Assembly (NCBI GenBank): GCA_965662235.1
Contig: CBFIGY010000001.1
Span: forward strand, 256,942 to 320,941
DNA length: 64,000 bases
Source: an uncultured bacterium
GTDB lineage: Bacteria; SAR324; NAC60-12
Reading direction: 5' to 3'
Part shown: piece after piece, positions 60,042-64,000 of the stretch
Layout of the letters: each line of letters opens with the position of its first letter
How positions within the stretch are numbered: the stretch's first letter is position 1
Made by a program: the position numbers and the translations under genes
The notes under the pieces: model-generated
Databases searched by the model: none
The model's input: only the letters and a program-made list of their open reading frames with translations
What the model was told of the DNA's origin: nothing

Positions 60042-61676
60042 CTAGGAGACCAATCCCAACTCCCGGTCACGGGCCACGGCTTCAGGGCTCCGTTCCTCTG
60101 GATTCCCGTAGCCTCCTCCTCCTGGAGTCTCCAGCCGGAGACGCTGCCCCTTCTTCAGCTGAATTCCCACCATCTTGGATGCCATGGGAGGCTCATGGAA
60201 GCCATCTGCTTGCTCATAGTAAAAACGGTTGGGCGCAGCCGCCTCCCCTCCCACCACTCCGGGAGGGGCGTAACGTCCCCGCTCGCCAAACAGAAACACG
60301 TCCGCTTGCTCTTCCAGAAGCTCCAGCTCGTAAATGGCGCCCAGTCCGCCGCGATTCCGCCCGGCACCTCCTGAATCAGGTCGCAGCGCCCACTGTGTGA
60401 AGCGGACCGGGTAAGCGGCTTCCAGGATTTCCAGAGGCGGAATGGTGGCTGTGGAGATGGGAGCGTTTCCGTGGTTGAGCCCGTCTCCTTCCGGATGCCC
60501 TCCGTGCCCGCCTCCGAAAAAGGAGAACATCACCCAGCGACGTCCGTCTTTGCGGAACCCTGCTAGGGAAAGGGCGTTGATGGTGCCATACGCGCAGCCG
60601 TTGGAGCGTTCCGGAGCCACCTGCGCAATGGCCTGGAAGACCACGTCGATGACGCGCAGAATCGTTTCTGTGTAACCGCCTACCGGTTTCGGGGCCTTGG
60701 CGTCGAGCAGGCTGCCGTCTGGAATGATGAACTCAATGGGCTCCAGAACCCCGGAGTTGGCCGGAACTTCCTGAAAGAGGTGCTTGAGCGCCACGTAGCA
60801 CGCGGCGATGGTGGTGGACCGCGAGATGTTGACAGGCCCGGCGCAGGCCGCGGAGGTACGGGAGAAGTCGAGCACCATGGTGTCGCCGGAGATGGTCAGG
60901 TCCAGTCCCAGCCGCAGGGGCTCATCGCGGATGCCGTCGTTGTCGAGGTAGTCTTCACAGGCAATGGAGCCATCCGGAAGTTCTTCTAGGTTGGCACGCA
61001 TGAGCTGCTCCGCCCGGTTCTTCAGCTCCCGAAAGGCCTGCTGCACCGATTCAGGTCCGTACTCCTCCAGAAGGGTCCGGAGGCGCTTCTCCCCAAGGTC
61101 CAGCGCATTGAGCTGTCCATTGAGGTCGCCATAGAGGCTTCCGGGCTGCCGGGAGTTGCACTGCAGGATGTCAATGATGTCTGGATTCAGTTCTCCCTGC
61201 CGGATCAGCCGGACGGGGGGAATGTGCATGCCCTCCTGAAAGCTTTCTGTGGCAACAGGATTGTAGTTGCCAGGAACGTTGCCTCCGACGTCATGCCAGT
61301 GCCCAACGGAGGCCAGGTAGCAGAACAGCTGCCCCTGGTGAAAGAACGGGCGGACCAGCTTGAAGTCAGAAAGGTGCGTGCCTCCTTCATACGGGTCATT
61401 GAAGATCCAGGTGTCGCCTTCCTGAATGCCTCCCCGCTGGGCGGACTTGTCAATGACCGCCTTGACCGCAAAGGCCATGGCGCCGACAAAAACCGGCAGT
61501 CCGGACTTTCCCTGAATCAGCGTCTCGCCGGTGAAGGCGTCATAGAGGCCATGAGACGCGTCATGGGCTTCCGCGATAATGGGGTTGAAGGCGCTCCGGA
61601 AGAGCGTCGCGTCCATTTCGTCAGCAATCTGCTCCAACCGTCCCTTGAGGACAGCGAGGGTTACGGGGTCCATCAT
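60042..61676 (-). CDS. hydantoinase B / oxoprolinase family protein (HyuB-like)
   Basis: MMDPVTLAVLKGRLEQIADEMDATLFRSAFNPIIAEAHDASHGLYD is the HyuB N-terminus. 544 aa. Confidence 0.85.
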   Translation of the reverse strand: MMDPVTLAVLKGRLEQIADEMDATLFRSAFNPIIAEAHDASHGLYDAFTGETLIQGKSGLPVFVGAMAFAVKAVIDKSAQRGGIQEGDTWIFNDPYEGGTHLSDFKLVRPFFHQGQLFCYLASVGHWHDVGGNVPGNYNPVATESFQEGMHIPPVRLIRQGELNPDIIDILQCNSRQPGSLYGDLNGQLNALDLGEKRLRTLLEEYGPESVQQAFRELKNRAEQLMRANLEELPDGSIACEDYLDNDGIRDEPLRLGLDLTISGDTMVLDFSRTSAACAGPVNISRSTTIAACYVALKHLFQEVPANSGVLEPIEFIIPDGSLLDAKAPKPVGGYTETILRVIDVVFQAIAQVAPERSNGCAYGTINALSLAGFRKDGRRWVMFSFFGGGHGGHPEGDGLNHGNAPISTATIPPLEILEAAYPVRFTQWALRPDSGGAGRNRGGLGAIYELELLEEQADVFLFGERGRYAPPGVVGGEAAAPNRFYYEQADGFHEPPMASKMVGIQLKKGQRLRLETPGGGGYGNPEERSPEAVARDRELGLVS

Positions 61677-62527
61677 TCGTACGTCTTTCCTTCTTCAAGT
61701 AGCAGTTGGGTTCCGAGCAGCTCATTGAGTTGGGTGAAGTTGAGCATTTCCTCCTGGAACGGTTCCGTGGTTCCAAACGTTTTCAGGGACGAAAAGTAGC
61801 GCTGGGCCATGTGGGTAAGGGCGCGGACAAAGCCTCCGGGAAAGATCACCAGCGAGTAGCCGATCTGCTCCAGCTCAGAAGCCGGAAGCAGCGGGGTCTT
61901 CCCACCTTCCACCATGTTGGCCATGGTGGGGAGGCGTGGACCAAAGCGCTCATTGACCAGCCGCATCTGTCCGGTGGTGTTCAGGGCCTCAACAAAGAGC
62001 AGGTCGACTCCGGTGGCCACATACGCTTCTGCGCGGTCCAATGCGGCTTCTAGTCCCTCCACCGCAACGGCGTCGGTGCGGGCGATGATCAGGGTCTGAT
62101 CGGACTGACGGGCATCCAACGCGGCCCGGAGCTTTCCCACCATCTCATTTGTGGGAATCAGGGTTTTGTCCTTCAGGTGCCCGCAGCGTTTGGGAAAGGT
62201 CTGGTCCTCCAGCTGAATGGCCGAGGCCCCGGAGCGTTCCAGCAGGCGCACCGTCCGCTTGGTGTTGAGGGCGTTGCCGAATCCGGTGTCAGCATCCACC
62301 ACCAGCGGCAAGGAGGTCCGCTCTCGGATGAGCCCAACGGTATCAGCAACCTCTGTCAGTGTGACCAGTCCGAGGTCTGGGCGTCCGTGCCGGGTGTACG
62401 CGACGCTGGCGCCAGAAAGGTAGGCGGCTTCGAAGCCAGCCTGCTCCACCAAGACGGCCCCGAGTGCGTCATAAATCCCGGGCGCCACGACAATGCCGGT
62501 TTCAGAGAAGCGGGATTTCCAGGTCAT
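61673..62527 (-). CDS. isocitrate lyase / PEP mutase superfamily lyase (2-methylisocitrate-lyase / dimethylmalate-lyase-like)
   Basis: VVAPGIYDALGAVLVEQAGFEAAYLSG, DADTGFGN and the lyase-type loop KRCGHL. Start trimmed to ATG 62527; the 520-aa track ORF is an upstream read-through across leuD. Confidence 0.75.
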   Translation of the reverse strand: MTWKSRFSETGIVVAPGIYDALGAVLVEQAGFEAAYLSGASVAYTRHGRPDLGLVTLTEVADTVGLIRERTSLPLVVDADTGFGNALNTKRTVRLLERSGASAIQLEDQTFPKRCGHLKDKTLIPTNEMVGKLRAALDARQSDQTLIIARTDAVAVEGLEAALDRAEAYVATGVDLLFVEALNTTGQMRLVNERFGPRLPTMANMVEGGKTPLLPASELEQIGYSLVIFPGGFVRALTHMAQRYFSSLKTFGTTEPFQEEMLNFTQLNELLGTQLLLEEGKTYE

Positions 62528-63018
62528 GTTCCCTTTTGGTTGAGTTTCCGTGCCAGGTGCGGCACCAGCCCGCCGTCTTCCAGCATGGCCATGAGGAATT
62601 CCGGAACCGGCACACAGCGGACGGTCTCCTCGGTGGTGTGGTTGCGAATCTGTCCCGCCCGAGGCTGCACTTCCAGTCGGTTTCCTTCCTGAAAGCGTGA
62701 GACCTCCGGACACTCCAGCACCAGCAGTCCTAGGTTGTAGGCGTTGCGCTGAAAGATTCCGGCAAACGATGGTGCAATGACGGCAGCGACCCCTAGGTGC
62801 ACCAGCGCCTGAGCGGCTTGCTCGCGAGACGAGCCCATCCCAAAGTTTTTCCCGGCCACCAGGAAGTCTCCTGCTTCCACCTCTGCAGCAAACTCCGGAC
62901 GCAGCCCCTTCAAGCAGTGCTGAGCCAGTTCCTCCAAGGGACTCTTCATGAGTGCTCCGGGCGCCAGCTGATCGGTGTCGACGTTTTCTCCAAAGACCCA
63001 GACCTTTCCGTAAGGCAT
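62524..63018 (-). CDS. aconitase-family dehydratase small subunit (LeuD-like)
   Basis: MPYGKVWVFGENVDTDQLAP matches the LeuD swivel domain. ATGA overlaps on both sides. Confidence 0.75.
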   Translation of the reverse strand: MPYGKVWVFGENVDTDQLAPGALMKSPLEELAQHCLKGLRPEFAAEVEAGDFLVAGKNFGMGSSREQAAQALVHLGVAAVIAPSFAGIFQRNAYNLGLLVLECPEVSRFQEGNRLEVQPRAGQIRNHTTEETVRCVPVPEFLMAMLEDGGLVPHLARKLNQKGT

Positions 63019-64000
63019 CAGACCTCCTCCCAAAACTCACGGGGGTCGGCAATGCGACCCGCCCGGGCGGAAGCCGCCAGTGTGTAAGGCGAACAGAGGT
63101 AAACCTGAGAGGTGGGGTCGCCCATGCGTCCCTTGAAGTTCCGGGCGGTGGTGGAGAGGCAAACCTGGTCTGGACCAAGGCGTTGGGGACCGTATCCGGC
63201 ACAGAGCCCGCAGGCGCTGGGAAGGATGGTCGCACCAGCGTCTTCCAGGATTCGCAACGTGCCCTCTTCGGTCGCCTGCTGGCGGTCTTGCTGAGACGCC
63301 GGAGCCACCCACAGCGGCAGTCGGGAGGAAACGCGGTGCCCCTTCAGGAGCCGAGCCGCTGCCCGGAGGTCCGTCAGCTTGGCGCCGGTGCAGGCCCCGA
63401 GGTACAGCACGTCCGGAACCACCGACTGAAACTCGGTCACTGGGGCGGCATTGGCAGGACTGTGAGGCGCTGCGACCTGAGGCGTGAGGGCGGAGGCATC
63501 AAAGGCGTGGTGCTCTGCCACAGAGGCGTCGGCGTCGCTTTGCCAAGAAGCCCAGTCGTCGGCGTGACCTCCGTGTTCCTGGAGCCACTGGACCGTGATT
63601 TCGTCTGGAGCCACCAGTCCGGCCTGTCCTCCCAACTCAGCAGTCATGTTGCTGAGGGTCATGCGTTCCTGCATGGTCAGCTGCGCAATGGCAGAGCCGG
63701 CGTACTCCACGGCTTGGTAGCGTCCTCCGTCCATGCCCAGCTGGCCGCAGAGGAAGAGCATGACGTCCTTAGCCAGCACGCCGGGGGCAAAGGTTCCGTG
63801 CCACTCAACGCGGATTGTCTCTGGAACCCGAAGCCAGATCTCGCCGGTAGCCAGCACGCCGGCCATCTCGGTGGCGCCAATGCCAAACATGTAGCACCCG
63901 AACGCGCCTCCGGTCGGGGAGTGACTGTCTCCACCGACCACGAGCATTCCAGGACGCAGGTGCCCCTGTTCCGGAAGCACCACGTGGCAGATGCCCTGCT
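63018..64000 (-). CDS. aconitase-family dehydratase large subunit (LeuC-like), N-terminus beyond the window
   Basis: Aconitase-fold blocks (VVGGDSHSPTGGAFG, SNMTAE) and a LeuC-like C-terminus. The ORF is open at the window end. Confidence 0.75.
   Translation of the reverse strand, partial: QGICHVVLPEQGHLRPGMLVVGGDSHSPTGGAFGCYMFGIGATEMAGVLATGEIWLRVPETIRVEWHGTFAPGVLAKDVMLFLCGQLGMDGGRYQAVEYAGSAIAQLTMQERMTLSNMTAELGGQAGLVAPDEITVQWLQEHGGHADDWASWQSDADASVAEHHAFDASALTPQVAAPHSPANAAPVTEFQSVVPDVLYLGACTGAKLTDLRAAARLLKGHRVSSRLPLWVAPASQQDRQQATEEGTLRILEDAGATILPSACGLCAGYGPQRLGPDQVCLSTTARNFKGRMGDPTSQVYLCSPYTLAASARAGRIADPREFWEEV

Noticed and set aside
61673-63235. 520-aa version of the ICL-family ORF
   Set aside because: The upstream 236 codons are an out-of-frame read-through across the LeuD-like gene and part of LeuC. 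The lyase domain starts at the ATG at 62527 (MTWKSRF), which overlaps the leuD stop in the usual ATGA fashion.

Overview
The window is a ~64 kb, high-GC (roughly 60%) stretch of bacterial chromosome made up almost entirely of tightly packed core genes. Many gene junctions are ATGA-type start/stop overlaps. I found no rRNA, tRNA, CRISPR array, transposase or integrase. The recognisable genes are: a 5'-truncated ABC ATPase, ribF, hldE, glyA, pheA, rpmB, mazG, a TIGR01212 radical SAM gene, rodZ, kdsA, psuG, azlCD, glnE, recN, a Bacteroidetes-type parC, serA, xth, the dnaN-recF-gyrB-der replication locus, a gspF-like gene, an HMG-CoA lyase gene, hisBH, ndk, yihA/engB, malQ, a four-subunit group-3b (sulfhydrogenase-type) NiFe hydrogenase operon, and ppdK. 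The window ends with a convergent seven-gene cluster: hydantoinase A, an isochorismatase-family hydrolase and an FAD oxidoreductase on the + strand, facing hydantoinase B, an isocitrate-lyase-family lyase and LeuD/LeuC-like genes on the - strand. The accessory content includes a membrane-anchored PilZ protein, an orphan FliN/SpoA-domain gene, two tandem paralogous small outer-membrane beta-barrels, and a stand-alone LigA domain-Ia-like small ORF. The Bacteroidetes-type ParC together with the high GC content loosely suggests a Rhodothermus/Salinibacter-like organism of the FCB group; this is inference only. The ORF track evidently labels GTG/TTG starts as M, so several listed starts are trimmed to the nearest plausible ATG. 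The main hunt results are these. The 246-bp gap upstream of dnaN has phased TCGACA (DnaA-box-like) repeats, a palindrome and an AT-rich stretch, and is a candidate oriC. The terminal hyuA/hyuB cluster looks like an uncharacterised catabolic pathway. The LigA domain-Ia-like ORF looks like a free NAD/NMN-binding domain. A near-consensus sigma-70 promoter carries an embedded palindrome and a long leader ahead of an RHH gene. A small Lys/Arg-rich ORF appears translationally coupled to an N-terminally extended xth.
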